From positions 2,377-66,376 of the forward strand of contig JAKBMB010000025.1 in the NCBI GenBank assembly GCA_021831785.1: a stretch of DNA of 64,000 nt. The letters are read 5' to 3'. The notes below the pieces were generated by a model that saw only the letters and a program-made list of their open reading frames with translations, was not told the origin of the DNA and searched no databases. This DNA is from Deltaproteobacteria bacterium. Its GTDB lineage: Bacteria; Desulfobacterota; Binatia; Binatales; Binataceae. Shown here piece after piece: positions 29,182 to 39,811 of the stretch. The translations under genes and the position numbers were made by a program. How positions within the stretch are numbered: position 1 is the first letter of the stretch; the number at the start of each line of letters is the position of its first letter.

Positions 29182-30087
29182 ATGCGAAAGGACATCGAAT
29201 TTAAGGCTGAAGATGGGACGACTCTGCGCGGCTGGCATTATCTGCCCGACCGGCACAGCGGACGGGTGCCGACGATCGTGATGGCGCACGGCTTCTCCGC
29301 GCTGAAGGAGAATTATCTAGATAAATATGCCGAGGTTTTTGCGGCTGGCGGGTTGGGCGCGCTGGTGTTCGACAACCGCAACTTCGGCGCCAGCGACGGA
29401 GAGCCGCGCTACGAGATCGACCCGTGGCAGCAGGTGCGCGATTATCGCGACGCGATTACCTTCGCCAGTGGCCTGTCCGAGGTTGACGAAGAGCGCATCG
29501 GCGTCTGGGGCTCGAGCTACAGCGGCGCTCACGTGATTGTTTTGGGGGCCACCGACCGGCGCATCAGGTGCGTTGCCGCGCAGGTGCCTTTGATCAGCGG
29601 GCATCGCAACGCCCGCCGGCTGATTCGCGCGGACATGATCGCGGCGGTGCAGAAGATGTGCCAGGATGACCGCAAGGCGCGTTACGCGGGCAAACCGCCG
29701 GCGATGATTCCGGTGGTCTCGGATGATCCCGCCAATAAACCGTGTGCGTTGCCAACCGCGGACTCCTACGAGTGGTTCACCGAAACGGCCAAGAAGCGGG
29801 CCCATGGCTGGCGCAACGAGGTGACGCTGCGTTCGATCGAGATGTTCCTTGAGTACGAGCCGGGCGCCTACATCGAGTACGTGAGCCCCACGCCTCTGTT
29901 GATGGTCCTGGCCGCAGGCGACCACTTGACGGTGTGCGATGAGGCGCTTAGCGCCTACCAGCGCGCGCTTGAGCCGAAAAAACTCGCGCTGCTCAAGGGC
30001 GGTCATTTTGACGCCTACGTCAAAGACTTTGAGCAATCATCCGGCGCGGCTTGCGACTGGTTCGTGCAGCACTTACTCAAGCCGTAG
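29182..30087 (+). CDS. Alpha/beta hydrolase (S15/CocE-NonD-like)
   Basis: MAHGFS, FDNRNFGASDGEPR, nucleophile motif WGSSYSG, GGHFDAY. Confidence 0.88.
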   Translation: MRKDIEFKAEDGTTLRGWHYLPDRHSGRVPTIVMAHGFSALKENYLDKYAEVFAAGGLGALVFDNRNFGASDGEPRYEIDPWQQVRDYRDAITFASGLSEVDEERIGVWGSSYSGAHVIVLGATDRRIRCVAAQVPLISGHRNARRLIRADMIAAVQKMCQDDRKARYAGKPPAMIPVVSDDPANKPCALPTADSYEWFTETAKKRAHGWRNEVTLRSIEMFLEYEPGAYIEYVSPTPLLMVLAAGDHLTVCDEALSAYQRALEPKKLALLKGGHFDAYVKDFEQSSGAACDWFVQHLLKP

Positions 30088-30205
30088 CCTCTCGCTGTCC
30101 TCGACCTCCTTATCTGGAGGCATGCCCTCGAAAATCGGCCCGCGCGTTTCTCCCCAGGGCGAGACGCGCGGGCTGCCGGCCGCCGCGCGTGGGCGCCGAA
30201 GTTCG

Positions 30206-30556
30206 CTACGTGACTGTGCGGTCAAGCAAGAGCCGCGTCGGAAGGTAGACCCAAGCGCGGCGGGCGCGGCCGTCGCGTTCGTGAACCGTAAGCCGCCGGC
30301 GCGTATACAGTCTGGGCGCCTCCTCGTAGCGGTCCAGAGCACAGAGTTCGTCCGCGGTGAGGGGGCTCAGGATGTGGCCTTCGACCACGGTCCCTGGCTT
30401 GCGCTCCACGTAAAAGTAACGCCCGCGCCGGCGCTCAAAATCACGCAAGTAAGCGGGCTGCGCTGCGACCTCACGGCCGAGCAGGCGGCGGCGCAGGTCA
30501 GGCTGCATCAGGCTCCCATAAACAAACAGGCTGCTGCTTGTGCCGCTTTTGTGCAT
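30206..30556 (-). CDS. Gamma-glutamylcyclotransferase (AIG2-like) family protein
   Basis: LFVYGSLM, VEGHI, LDRYE, AWVY. Confidence 0.85.
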   Translation of the reverse strand: MHKSGTSSSLFVYGSLMQPDLRRRLLGREVAAQPAYLRDFERRRGRYFYVERKPGTVVEGHILSPLTADELCALDRYEEAPRLYTRRRLTVHERDGRARRAWVYLPTRLLLDRTVT

Positions 30557-30620
30557 CGCCCGGCTTGCCGCTCGTACGGGGCTGGCTTACCCTCATTTCA
30601 GCTTGCTCAGACGAGGCGCA

Positions 30621-31376
30621 ATGGCAAACAGCCTTGCTGGTTTTCTCTCCGAGTTGGGCGAAGTAGGCTTGTTGACGCGCGACTTCGCCCGGCTGCTCGT
30701 GCGCCGGCCCTTCGAGGCTCGCCTGCTGATCGAGCAGCTCGACAATGTCGGCGTCAAATCGTTTACCGTGGTAAATCTTACCGCGATTTTCAGCGCAATG
30801 GTGCTCGCGCTGCAGACCGGAACGCTGCTCGGGAAGTTTGGCGCGAAGATTTACGTCAGCCGGATCATTGGGCTCTCGCTGTTCAGGGAGCTGGGGCCGG
30901 TGCTCACCGCGCTAATGATCGGCGGCCGCGTCGGTGCCGGAATCACGGCCGAGCTCGGGGCGATGAACGTCACCGAACAGATCGATGCCTTACGCGCGCT
31001 GGGAGCAAACCCGGTAAAAAAGTTGGTCGTGCCGCGTGTGCTCGCCACGATGATAATGCTGCCGACGCTGACCCTTATCGCCGACGGTTTTGGCATACTT
31101 GGAGGGATGCTGATCGGCGTCGCCCAGCTTGGCCTGGGCGCAAATTATTTTCTCGGTTCTCTGATGCAAATGACGCAGCTCAGCGACGTTTTCGGCGGGT
31201 TTCTGAAGGCCGCCGTCTTTGGCTATATAATCGCGATTATAGCCTGCGCCAAAGGCCTGGGTGCCAGCGGCGGCGCCGGCGGAGTCGGCAGAGCGACGAC
31301 CTCGACTGTGGTCACCGCGTCGGTAAGCATTCTGGTGTCGGACTTTTTCTTGACCAAGGTTTTGCTCTCGCTATGA
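30621..31376 (+). CDS. mlaE: MlaE-family ABC permease
   Basis: RELGPVLTALMIGGRVGAGITAELGAMNVTEQIDALRALG, GVGRATT. Confidence 0.93.
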   Translation: MANSLAGFLSELGEVGLLTRDFARLLVRRPFEARLLIEQLDNVGVKSFTVVNLTAIFSAMVLALQTGTLLGKFGAKIYVSRIIGLSLFRELGPVLTALMIGGRVGAGITAELGAMNVTEQIDALRALGANPVKKLVVPRVLATMIMLPTLTLIADGFGILGGMLIGVAQLGLGANYFLGSLMQMTQLSDVFGGFLKAAVFGYIIAIIACAKGLGASGGAGGVGRATTSTVVTASVSILVSDFFLTKVLLSL

Positions 31377-32125
31377 GGCAAGAGAGATCGCCGGCGCCGT
31401 TTTTCTCGATTCGCGGACTCGAGAAGTCTTTCAACAACAAGCCCGTGCTCACTGGCGTCACGCTTGATGTCGAGGAGGGCGAAACGCTGGTGGTGTTGGG
31501 TGCCAGCGGGGTGGGCAAGACGGTGCTGCTACGCCATCTCAACGGTCTTCTGCAACCGGACCGCGGTGAGGTGCGCGTGCGCGGCGTAAGCCTTAACGAT
31601 CGCGACGAAGAACAACTCGCCGAGCTGCGCAAAGACGTGGGCATGGTTTTCCAGCTCGGCGGGCTCTTCGACTCGCTGACCGTTTACGAAAATATCGCCT
31701 ACCCGCTGCGCGAGCACACTGCTTGGCGCGAACGCGAGATCTCGCGCCGGGTCGGCGAATTGCTGGCGGCGGTCGAACTCGAGAGAAGCGGAAAGCTTTA
31801 TCCGGCGGAGCTGTCGGGTGGGATGCGCAAGCGGGTGGCGTTGGCCAGAGCGCTCGCGCTTGAACCCAAGGCCGTGCTCTATGACGAGCCGACCACCGGA
31901 CTGGACCCATTGGCAACCCGCAAGATAAACTTGCTCATACGTAACCTCCAAAGGCGCCTGGGGTTTACCTCGGTGGTGGTTACTCACGACCTGAGGAGCG
32001 CCTTCGCGGTCGGCGACCGCTTTGCCCTGCTCGACGGAGGCAAGGTCTGCTTCATGGGCAACCGGGAAACGGTTAGCCGCGCTGAGGATGGACTGATGAA
32101 AGAGTTCGTCGAAGCGGCGTTGTAG
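31373..32125 (+). CDS. mlaF: MlaF-family ABC ATPase
   Basis: GASGVGKT, FQLGGLFDSLTVYEN, LSGGMRKRVALARA, YDEPTTGLDP, VTHD; true ATG overlaps the mlaE stop. Confidence 0.92.
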   Translation: MRQERSPAPFFSIRGLEKSFNNKPVLTGVTLDVEEGETLVVLGASGVGKTVLLRHLNGLLQPDRGEVRVRGVSLNDRDEEQLAELRKDVGMVFQLGGLFDSLTVYENIAYPLREHTAWREREISRRVGELLAAVELERSGKLYPAELSGGMRKRVALARALALEPKAVLYDEPTTGLDPLATRKINLLIRNLQRRLGFTSVVVTHDLRSAFAVGDRFALLDGGKVCFMGNRETVSRAEDGLMKEFVEAAL

Positions 32126-32148
32126 CCGGCCCGGGTCTGAGAGGCGCG

Positions 32149-33324
32149 GTGTCCCCGGTTCAATCTTCCGCGGCAAAGGTGGGCGCGCTGATGCTCGCCG
32201 GTATCGGGGCGCTTATCGTTGTGATCGTTTTGGCTGGCGGCAGACCCGGACTCTTCGCGCCCGGCATCGACTTGGAGGCTCGTTTCCATCGCGTAAACGG
32301 CTTGCAAGCGGGCGCTCCGGTAGCGCTTTTCGGGATGACCGTCGGCGCGGTTGAACAAATAAGCTTTTCCGCCGACCCGACAGCCGATTATGTGGTAGTT
32401 CGAATGTGGATCGAGCACGCCGCCGCCCGCCGCTTGCACGCCGATTCGGAGGCCGAGATCGAGACGATCGGCCTATTGGGTGATAAGTTTGTCGAGTTGA
32501 CCCCAGGTACGCCGCAAGCCGGGGTGATCCGGCCGGGCGCCGCGCTCCACGCTCGCGATCCGGTGGACTATGAAGCCTTGGTGGGCCGGCAGAATACGCG
32601 CGATTTTCTGACCAACATTTATTTTATCGCCGGCTCGATGCGTGTGCTGCTCGAACAGTTGCAGAACGGGCGCGGCCTTTTGAGCGAACTGATTCGCGGT
32701 GACGAGAACGGCGGACAGCTTTCGCTGGCCAACCTGAGACAGACCTTGGAGCATATCGACCGCGCGAGCGCGGCCCTGCAGCGCATGCTCGACCGGGCCG
32801 CGGATGACCGCAGCCTCGCCGGCGCTTTGCTGAGCAATAAAAACGACGGCCGCAAGATGATCTCGGACATCGCGGCTTCCGTCGCCTCCTTGCGCGCGTC
32901 CGCAGCGCGTCTCGACGGTTTTAGCGCCCGCGTGGAACGCGCTCGTGGACTGATTCCGCGCCTCGTCGAGGATTCACAGCTAGCAGACCGGCTAATAGGC
33001 GAGCTTGACCGGACTTCCCGCCAGCTCGAGCGAATCCTGTACAAGATCGATGCCGGGCAGGGCACGCTCGGCAAGATGATCAACGATCCCACGCTCTACT
33101 TCCGCGCGGATTCGCTGCTCAGCGGCGGTGGGTGGGGTCTTTCGCTGATGCGAGGCTTGTACGGCATCTCTCATCCGTTCAGCCCTTCCCTTTCTCCATC
33201 CCAGTCTGTCTCGTCCGTGGCCTGCACCTGCTCGCGAGCGTCCGACCCGGGCGATCCGGCGGCAACTGACCCTGGCTCGACGAAAGAGTTCGCTGCTCCT
33301 TCTTCTTCAGCCGCCAGCCCGTGA
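32149..33324 (+). CDS. mlaD: MlaD/MCE family protein with long helical domain
   Basis: N-terminal TM, GLQAGAPVALFGMTVGAV, GLLGDKFVELTPG, GTLGKMINDPTLY. Confidence 0.85.
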   Translation: MSPVQSSAAKVGALMLAGIGALIVVIVLAGGRPGLFAPGIDLEARFHRVNGLQAGAPVALFGMTVGAVEQISFSADPTADYVVVRMWIEHAAARRLHADSEAEIETIGLLGDKFVELTPGTPQAGVIRPGAALHARDPVDYEALVGRQNTRDFLTNIYFIAGSMRVLLEQLQNGRGLLSELIRGDENGGQLSLANLRQTLEHIDRASAALQRMLDRAADDRSLAGALLSNKNDGRKMISDIAASVASLRASAARLDGFSARVERARGLIPRLVEDSQLADRLIGELDRTSRQLERILYKIDAGQGTLGKMINDPTLYFRADSLLSGGGWGLSLMRGLYGISHPFSPSLSPSQSVSSVACTCSRASDPGDPAATDPGSTKEFAAPSSSAASP

Positions 33325-33519
33325 GGTTTTTCATGCACTCGTCGAGCAATCGGCTCTTCGGATATCTCAGGAACGCGCGGGCGGAATGGGCTCCGTGCGT
33401 TCGCGACGTTCCGGTCAGCGACGATTCTATGAACGCCCGGCCTTGTAGTTTGCGCTCCGGTGTCGGAGCCGCAAGACCCCGGCGAAGTCGACGCCGTCCG
33501 GCGCCGCGCGAAGTTGCAC

Positions 33520-34719
33520 ATGCCGGCGCTTAAGGATGAATTATCCGGCGCGCTGGACGAACTGGAGGCGCGCTTTTTGCGCCGCCGGTTGCGCACGGTC
33601 GAAACCGCGTGCGGTCCGTTGGCTCGCGTTGACGGCCAAGACGTAATTTTGCTGTGCTCGAATAACTATCTCGACCTTGCCAATCATCCCGCGCTGCGGC
33701 TCGCCGCGACGGCCGCGCTCGAGCGCTATGGTGTCGGCGCGGGAGCCTCACGCCTGATCGCCGGCAGCCTCGAGCCGGTCCATCGACTGGAGCGCAGCCT
33801 CTGTCGGTTGAAAAAGGCTGAGGCTGCTCTCGTCTTCGGGTCAGGCTATCTGGCAAACCTGGGCGCTTTAACTGCTCTGGCCGCTCCAGGCGACGCGATT
33901 TTCAGCGACGAATTGAACCACGCCAGCTTGATTGACGGATGCCGCTTGAGCCGGGCAGCGGTGAAAGTGTACCGCCATTGCGACGCCGACCATCTAAGGA
34001 CCCTGCTCGACGAGGCTGGTGGTGCCAGGCGCAGGCTGATCGTAACCGACGCGATTTTCAGCATGGACGGCGATCGCGCGCCGCTCGAACAGATAGTCGA
34101 ACTAGCCCGCCGCTATGATGCCGCCGTGATGATCGACGAAGCGCACGCGGTGGGGGTATTCGGTCCGCACGGCAGCGGTCTTGCCGCCGAGCTCGGGCTT
34201 GGGGAGCAAATTGAGGTCCGCGTCGGAACGCTGAGCAAAGCGCTGGGCGCCTACGGCGCCTATGTCGTCGGGTCGCGGGCCCTGATCGATTTTCTCGTCA
34301 ACCGCGCGCGCAGCTTCATCTATACCACCGGCCTTCCACCTGCCCTGGCGGCTGCGGCTAACGCCGCGCTCGAGGTGATGGCGAGCGAGCCCGAGCGTAT
34401 CGCGCGGCTATGGAGCAACGCGGCCTATCTGCGCAGCGAGCTCGCTGCGGCGGGCTTTGACCTGGGCCGCTCGGCGTCGCCGATTCTGCCGGTGATGGTT
34501 GGCGAGGCTGGCTGCGCGCTGGCACTAACGCAAGGGCTGTATGAACGAGGGGTCTTTGCCGGCGCTATTCGGCCGCCCACGGTGCCGGCGGGAAGCGCGC
34601 GCCTTAGGCTCACGCCGACCGCCGGCCATGACCGCTCGCAGCTTAGGCGCGCCGTGGACGCGCTGGTTGAAGTCGGCGCGCAAATAAAGCTTGTTCCGCC
34701 GACTTCGAGAATCGCGTAA
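33520..34719 (+). CDS. bioF: 8-amino-7-oxononanoate synthase
   Basis: SNNYLDLA, GASRLIAG, SDELNHASLIDG, FSMDGD, DEAH, GTLSKALG, IRPPTVP. Confidence 0.93.
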   Translation: MPALKDELSGALDELEARFLRRRLRTVETACGPLARVDGQDVILLCSNNYLDLANHPALRLAATAALERYGVGAGASRLIAGSLEPVHRLERSLCRLKKAEAALVFGSGYLANLGALTALAAPGDAIFSDELNHASLIDGCRLSRAAVKVYRHCDADHLRTLLDEAGGARRRLIVTDAIFSMDGDRAPLEQIVELARRYDAAVMIDEAHAVGVFGPHGSGLAAELGLGEQIEVRVGTLSKALGAYGAYVVGSRALIDFLVNRARSFIYTTGLPPALAAAANAALEVMASEPERIARLWSNAAYLRSELAAAGFDLGRSASPILPVMVGEAGCALALTQGLYERGVFAGAIRPPTVPAGSARLRLTPTAGHDRSQLRRAVDALVEVGAQIKLVPPTSRIA

Positions 34720-34878
34720 AGTCAGTGGCGACCAGGGGGCACCTTGCCGGACTCTGCCTCGCCTCGCTAATTTTCGCGCCCGCGAATTGTGCCCTGGAAC
34801 CATACCAGCAACGAACCGCCCGGACGCGCGGCGCCGGACGGCCGCCTGAAGCCGCTGAATCGCGGAGCCTGGAGAGAA

Positions 34879-36246
34879 ATGAGCGAATCGCATGACTTGC
34901 GCTTAGTAGAAAACGACCATCGCTATCTGTGGCACCCTTTCACGCAGATGCGCGCCTGGCTTAACGATCGGCCGATAATTATCGAGCGCGGTGAGGGCAA
35001 CTATCTGATAGACGTTCACGGCCAGCGCTTTCTGGACGGCGTATCCTCGCTCTGGTGCAACGTTCACGGCCATCGCAAGCCTGAACTCGATCAGGCGCTC
35101 ATCGATCAGGCCAAACGGATCGCGCACTCGACGATGCTCGGATTGTCCAACGTCCCGGCGATCGAACTGGGACGACAGCTAATCGCGGTGGTGCCTACCG
35201 GATTAAAGCGCGTATTTTACTCCGACTCGGGCGCGGAGGCGGTGGAGGTCGCGCTTCGCATGGCGGTTCAGTATTGGCAATTAAACGGCGCGGCCGAGCG
35301 CAAGCTTTTCCTCACCCTTACCGAGTCTTATCACGGCGACACGGTTGGGGCCGCGAGCCTCGGCTACAGCGAAGTGTTTCATCGCTACGCGCGTCCCGTT
35401 CTCTTTCCGGTGCTGAAGACCGATCCTCCGTTGGTGTTTCGTCTCTATCGAGGGCTAACAGCGCAGGACGCTCTGGCGGCCGCGCTGGAAGCTGCCCGGG
35501 CCTTGATAGAGCGTCATCGTGAAGAGATCGCGGCGTTGGTGATCGAACCTATCGTACAAGGTGCTGCGGGCATGTGGACTCATCCGCCGGAGTATCTGCG
35601 GCAGATCGTGAGGCTCGCCCGTGAGGCAGGCGCGCTGGTCATCTTCGACGAGGTTGCCACCGGCTTCGGCCGCACCGGAAAAATGTTCGCCTGCGAGCAT
35701 GCGCAGGTTACTCCCGACCTGCTGTGCCTGGGCAAGGGCATCACCGGCGGCTATCTACCGCTGGCCGCGACGCTGGCCACCGAGCGAATTTTCAACGCCT
35801 TTTTAGGCGAGCCCGCCGAGTTCCGCGCCTTTTACTACGGTCATACCTATACCGGTAATCCTTTGGCTGCCGCGGTAGCTGCGGCTAATCTCAAGCTGTT
35901 TGGAGACGAGGCCATAATCGAGCGAATCGCGCCGCGCATCGCCCTTTTAAGCCGCGCGCTTGACGAGGAAGTAGCGACGGCGCCGCACGTGGCTGACGTT
36001 CGCCAGTGCGGCTTGATGGTCGGTGTCGAACTAATGCGCGACGTAGCGCGCGGAGAGCGCTACGATATCTACCGACAAATGGGGACGAAGGTCGCGCGCG
36101 CCGCGCGCAACGCCGGCGTGCTCATCCGTCCGCTGGGCGACGTGGTGGTTTTGATGCCGCCGCTCTCGATAAACGAGGCCGAAATCCGCCATCTGGTGAG
36201 CGCCGCCGGCGAGGCAATCAGGCAAGTCGTCGCGCACGACGATTAA
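34879..36246 (+). CDS. bioA: Adenosylmethionine-8-amino-7-oxononanoate aminotransferase
   Basis: [51 protein letters not shown]. Confidence 0.95.
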   Translation: MSESHDLRLVENDHRYLWHPFTQMRAWLNDRPIIIERGEGNYLIDVHGQRFLDGVSSLWCNVHGHRKPELDQALIDQAKRIAHSTMLGLSNVPAIELGRQLIAVVPTGLKRVFYSDSGAEAVEVALRMAVQYWQLNGAAERKLFLTLTESYHGDTVGAASLGYSEVFHRYARPVLFPVLKTDPPLVFRLYRGLTAQDALAAALEAARALIERHREEIAALVIEPIVQGAAGMWTHPPEYLRQIVRLAREAGALVIFDEVATGFGRTGKMFACEHAQVTPDLLCLGKGITGGYLPLAATLATERIFNAFLGEPAEFRAFYYGHTYTGNPLAAAVAAANLKLFGDEAIIERIAPRIALLSRALDEEVATAPHVADVRQCGLMVGVELMRDVARGERYDIYRQMGTKVARAARNAGVLIRPLGDVVVLMPPLSINEAEIRHLVSAAGEAIRQVVAHDD

Positions 36247-36262
36247 GGATCGTACGATTAGG

Positions 36263-36946
36263 ATGGGGCTCGCGGCGATCTTAGTTTCCGGCACCGACAC
36301 CGCGGTTGGCAAGACCAAGATAACGTGCGATCTGGCGCGAGCGTTGATGCAGCGTAGCATTAGAGTTGGCGTGATGAAGCCGGTCGAGACCGGTTGCGAG
36401 GCGACAGGCGCGCAGCTCGCGCCGGCGGACGCGCTGGCGCTGCGCGCAGCGAGCGGCTGCCAGGCGCCGCTCGAGACGATCTGTCCCTACCGTTACCGCG
36501 CGCAGCTGGCGCCGGCGGCCGCGGCCGAAGCGGACCGGACGGCGGCGCCCGACTTCGGCGTCATCAGGAACTGCTTTGCTATCCTCGCCGACGCGCACGA
36601 AATCGTCCTGGTCGAGGGTGCCGGCGGTTTGGCGGTGCCCATTACCTGGGAAAAAAGTTACGCCGATTTGGCGCTGGAGTTAAACCTGAAGTTGATTTTG
36701 GTTATCGGTAATCGGCTCGGATGCATCAATTCCGCGGTGCTCTCGTTCGAATATGGGGATCGGCGGGGCCTGCGGCTCGGCGGCTATATCTTGAACGACG
36801 CAGACCCGCAAAGCACGCTCGCGAGAGAGACCAACGCCGGCTCGCTGCGTCGTCTGCTGCGCGCCGATTGTCTCGGTGAAGTTGGTTACCGGCAGTCGCT
36901 GACTGCTGAAAGCGTAGATCGGATCGCGTCTCTTTCACGCAGGTAG
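36263..36946 (+). CDS. bioD: Dethiobiotin synthase
   Basis: GTDTAVGKT, MKPVETG, VEGAGG, RLGCIN. Confidence 0.95.
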   Translation: MGLAAILVSGTDTAVGKTKITCDLARALMQRSIRVGVMKPVETGCEATGAQLAPADALALRAASGCQAPLETICPYRYRAQLAPAAAAEADRTAAPDFGVIRNCFAILADAHEIVLVEGAGGLAVPITWEKSYADLALELNLKLILVIGNRLGCINSAVLSFEYGDRRGLRLGGYILNDADPQSTLARETNAGSLRRLLRADCLGEVGYRQSLTAESVDRIASLSRR

Positions 36947-37364
36947 GCTTGCGAATGAATGGGACGAAATTAGGCGTTAGTTGGCGTATTGCGCGCAGCG
37001 CGAGCCTTAATTTTGCGCGATCAATAGGGATCGGCGCAGTTCACGCGAGAGTGCCGGAGTCGTACAATGAGCGTAGTCCCGTCGGCAGTTTTCGGCGGTT
37101 TCGCTCGCTCGCGCTAATGCCCACGACGTGTTGAGCACGCCGGCGCCGGCTGTCGGCCAGAGGTTGTCATCGGAGGCGCGAGTCGCGCTGCGGATTTTTG
37201 CGGCGGCAGCGGCTCGGTCCGAACGGCTTGGACATTGAGCGCTGCCCGTAACGAAGGCGAACCGACGGGGCTCGACGCCGCGTCCAAAGGCGAGGCGCAA
37301 GCCGGGAGTCCGCGCCTGGAGCGGATCGAACGCTTTTATCAAGGAGCATAGGGCGGTAATGGCG

Positions 37365-37640
37365 ATGAAAATTGACGTCGACCTTAAGGGCGGTTTCTTG
37401 CAAAGCCTTAAGCGTGAAGTGCTGTCCGTCCTCGACCAGGAAGAGCGCGCGGTGATCGAAACGTCCACTGGGGAGCTGGGCAACAAGCCTGACGCGGTGA
37501 AACTCGGATGGCTGCGAATGCGAACCAAGCAGGATTGGACCAAGCAGCGTTACGTCAAGACCCTGAATCACGCGATCGAGAAGCTGCGCAAAGCCGCCGA
37601 ACAGGCGACCAAAGCGCAACAGACCAATAAGAAGGATTAG
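37365..37640 (+). CDS. Small hypothetical protein, weakly sigma70 region-4-like
   Basis: Coding-like composition and AAGGAG upstream; LSVLDQEERAVI...AIEKLRK pattern. Confidence 0.65.
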   Translation: MKIDVDLKGGFLQSLKREVLSVLDQEERAVIETSTGELGNKPDAVKLGWLRMRTKQDWTKQRYVKTLNHAIEKLRKAAEQATKAQQTNKKD

Positions 37641-37856
37641 ACCGGGCCGGCCGTCCATGCCCGCGGGCGCTGACGGCGAGACCGCCGCGCAGTCGCGAGA
37701 TCGCAAGCGGCATGCGGCGGCTATGCAGGCCGCGCCTCGGGCGAAATTCGCGCGCCCGGACGATCCCCAGCACCGGTTCCGGCCCGCGCAACTACAGAGC
37801 CCCCCCTTCGGCCCGGCCAAAAGCGCCTTGGTCTGCGCCTCACGGATTATCCGCGT

Positions 37857-39032
37857 CTATTTCTGTATTCTGGCGATCCTGCGTTTGCCGACTTCGAGCA
37901 GACTCTGTTGGCCCGGCGTGAACCGGTAGTTCATATCGGTGACCACTTCGCCGTCCACTTTGACCGCGCGCTGGGCGATAAGCCGGCGCGCCTCGGTGGT
38001 CGATGCCGCGAAGCCCAATTGCTTCATCAGCTCGCAGATCCATAGCGCTTCGGCGAGTCTGAACACGGGCACCTGCTGGGGAACCTGACGGCGCTGGAAT
38101 TTGATCTCGAAGTATTCGCGCGCCTTCTCCGCCGCGCGCGGATCGTGATAGCGGCTGACGATCGCCGAGGCGAGCTGTTTTTTTGCCTCCATCGGATGAA
38201 GCGCGCCTGATTTTATTCCGGCGATCTCTTCCGCGCTCGCGTCGGTCAGCAATTCGTAATACCTGACCATCAGTTGGTCGGAAATTGACATCAGCTTGCC
38301 GAACATTTCCTCCGCCGGCTCGACCAGACCGACATAGTTGCGCAATGACTTGGACATCTTGCGGGTTCCGTCGAGACCCTCCAGAATCGGCAGCGTCATG
38401 ACCACTTGCGCCGGCTGGCCGAAGGCGCGCTGGAGCTCGCGTCCGATCAGCATGTTGAATTTCTGGTCGGTGCCGCCTATCTCGACGTCCGCCCTCAGCG
38501 CAACCGAGTCGTAGCCTTGAATCACCGGGTAGAGCAGCTCGTGCAGGAAAAGCGGTCTGCGCTCGTCCAGGCGCTGTTCGAAGTCATCTCTTTCAAGCAG
38601 GCGCGCCACGCTTATGTGGGCCGCGGTCTTTATCAGATCGCTGGTCCCCATCTCGTTCATCCATTCGCTATTGAAGCGAATCTCGGTGGTGCGCGGGTCG
38701 AGTACCTTAAAGACCTGTTTCCGGTAGGTCTCCGCATTCTTTCTGATCTGTTCCGCGGACAGCGCCGGTCGGACCTCCGAACGTCCGGTCGGATCGCCGA
38801 TCATCGCGGTGAAGTCGCCGACGAGAAAAATAACGGTATGGCCGTGGCGCTGAAAGTCGCCAAGCTTTTGAAGCGCTATCGTGTGGCCGAGGTGCAGGTC
38901 CGGCGCGGTGGGATCCATGCCGAGCTTGATCCGCAACGGCCGCTTTTCGTCGAGCTTCCTAATCAGCTCAGGCTCGGAGATAACCTCGACGGCGTTGCGG
39001 CTGAGCGTTTTGACCTGTTCGCTGATTGCCAT
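37857..39032 (-). CDS. tyrS: Tyrosine--tRNA ligase
   Basis: KLGMDPTAPDLHLGH, QGYDS, GGTDQ, KMSKS, C-terminal S4 domain; alternative start at 39119. Confidence 0.96.
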   Translation of the reverse strand: MAISEQVKTLSRNAVEVISEPELIRKLDEKRPLRIKLGMDPTAPDLHLGHTIALQKLGDFQRHGHTVIFLVGDFTAMIGDPTGRSEVRPALSAEQIRKNAETYRKQVFKVLDPRTTEIRFNSEWMNEMGTSDLIKTAAHISVARLLERDDFEQRLDERRPLFLHELLYPVIQGYDSVALRADVEIGGTDQKFNMLIGRELQRAFGQPAQVVMTLPILEGLDGTRKMSKSLRNYVGLVEPAEEMFGKLMSISDQLMVRYYELLTDASAEEIAGIKSGALHPMEAKKQLASAIVSRYHDPRAAEKAREYFEIKFQRRQVPQQVPVFRLAEALWICELMKQLGFAASTTEARRLIAQRAVKVDGEVVTDMNYRFTPGQQSLLEVGKRRIARIQK

Positions 39033-39154
39033 CTCCTGGTTTGGACGCGCCGCCTCTTCGGCTGCCGCGCGCGGCTTGCTCGGACCGGCGAGCGTGCCGT
39101 GCGGGCTACTTCGCTTCATCCTGTTCGCTTCGTCGCGTAAGACAATCCGCGAGC

Positions 39155-39811
39155 TTACGCGCGCCGATTGTACAGATTCATTGCCGCGGCCACGCCTTGC
39201 GCAATAATCGTTTCGACGGCCGCGCCGGCGCGCTCGATTAGGTTTCCGAATGCGGCTAACTCCTGCTCCGGCATCTGATATAGCACGAACTCAACCGGAT
39301 CCCGACTTGGCGACGGCCGCCCAATCCCCAAGCGCAGGCGCGCGAAATCTGCGCCGCCGAAGGCCTCTTGGAGTGAACGCACGCCGCGATTACCGGCATC
39401 TCGTCCGCGGGCAAGTATCTGCAGGCGTCCTGCTTCGAGGTCAAGATCGTCGTGAATCACGATCATGCGTTCGAGCGGAACTTTAAAATAGCGAGCAAGA
39501 GCCGCGACGCTGCGGCCGGTCTGGTTATAGAAAGTTTGCGGCTGAACCAGCAGCACCCGCGCCTCTTCGCCGATTACGATTTCCGCCACGCGCGATTCGA
39601 ACTTTGAAACGCCGGCTGCGGCCTGATGCTTGGCGGCGAGGCTATCGATTACCATGAACCCCAGGTTGTGGCGCGTACGGCGATAGCGGTCGCCCGGGTT
39701 CCCCAGTCCGACGACGATCCAGGTTGGCTTTGACGCTGCGGCGGTTTGGTCGCGGACGTTATCGGCCGGGCGCGCGCGAAAGCGGCTGAAGAGATTATGC
39801 AGTCTGCTCAT
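39155..39811 (-). CDS. pth: Peptidyl-tRNA hydrolase
   Basis: VGLGNPG, TRHNLGF, PQTFYN, HDDLDL, RLRLGIGRP. Confidence 0.93.
   Translation of the reverse strand: MSRLHNLFSRFRARPADNVRDQTAAASKPTWIVVGLGNPGDRYRRTRHNLGFMVIDSLAAKHQAAAGVSKFESRVAEIVIGEEARVLLVQPQTFYNQTGRSVAALARYFKVPLERMIVIHDDLDLEAGRLQILARGRDAGNRGVRSLQEAFGGADFARLRLGIGRPSPSRDPVEFVLYQMPEQELAAFGNLIERAGAAVETIIAQGVAAAMNLYNRRA

Noticed and set aside
29939-31372. 728-aa ORF suggesting a large N-terminal fusion on the ABC ATPase
   Set aside because: The upstream part overlaps the GGCT gene and mlaE in other frames and reads as shadow sequence; the real start is ATG 31373
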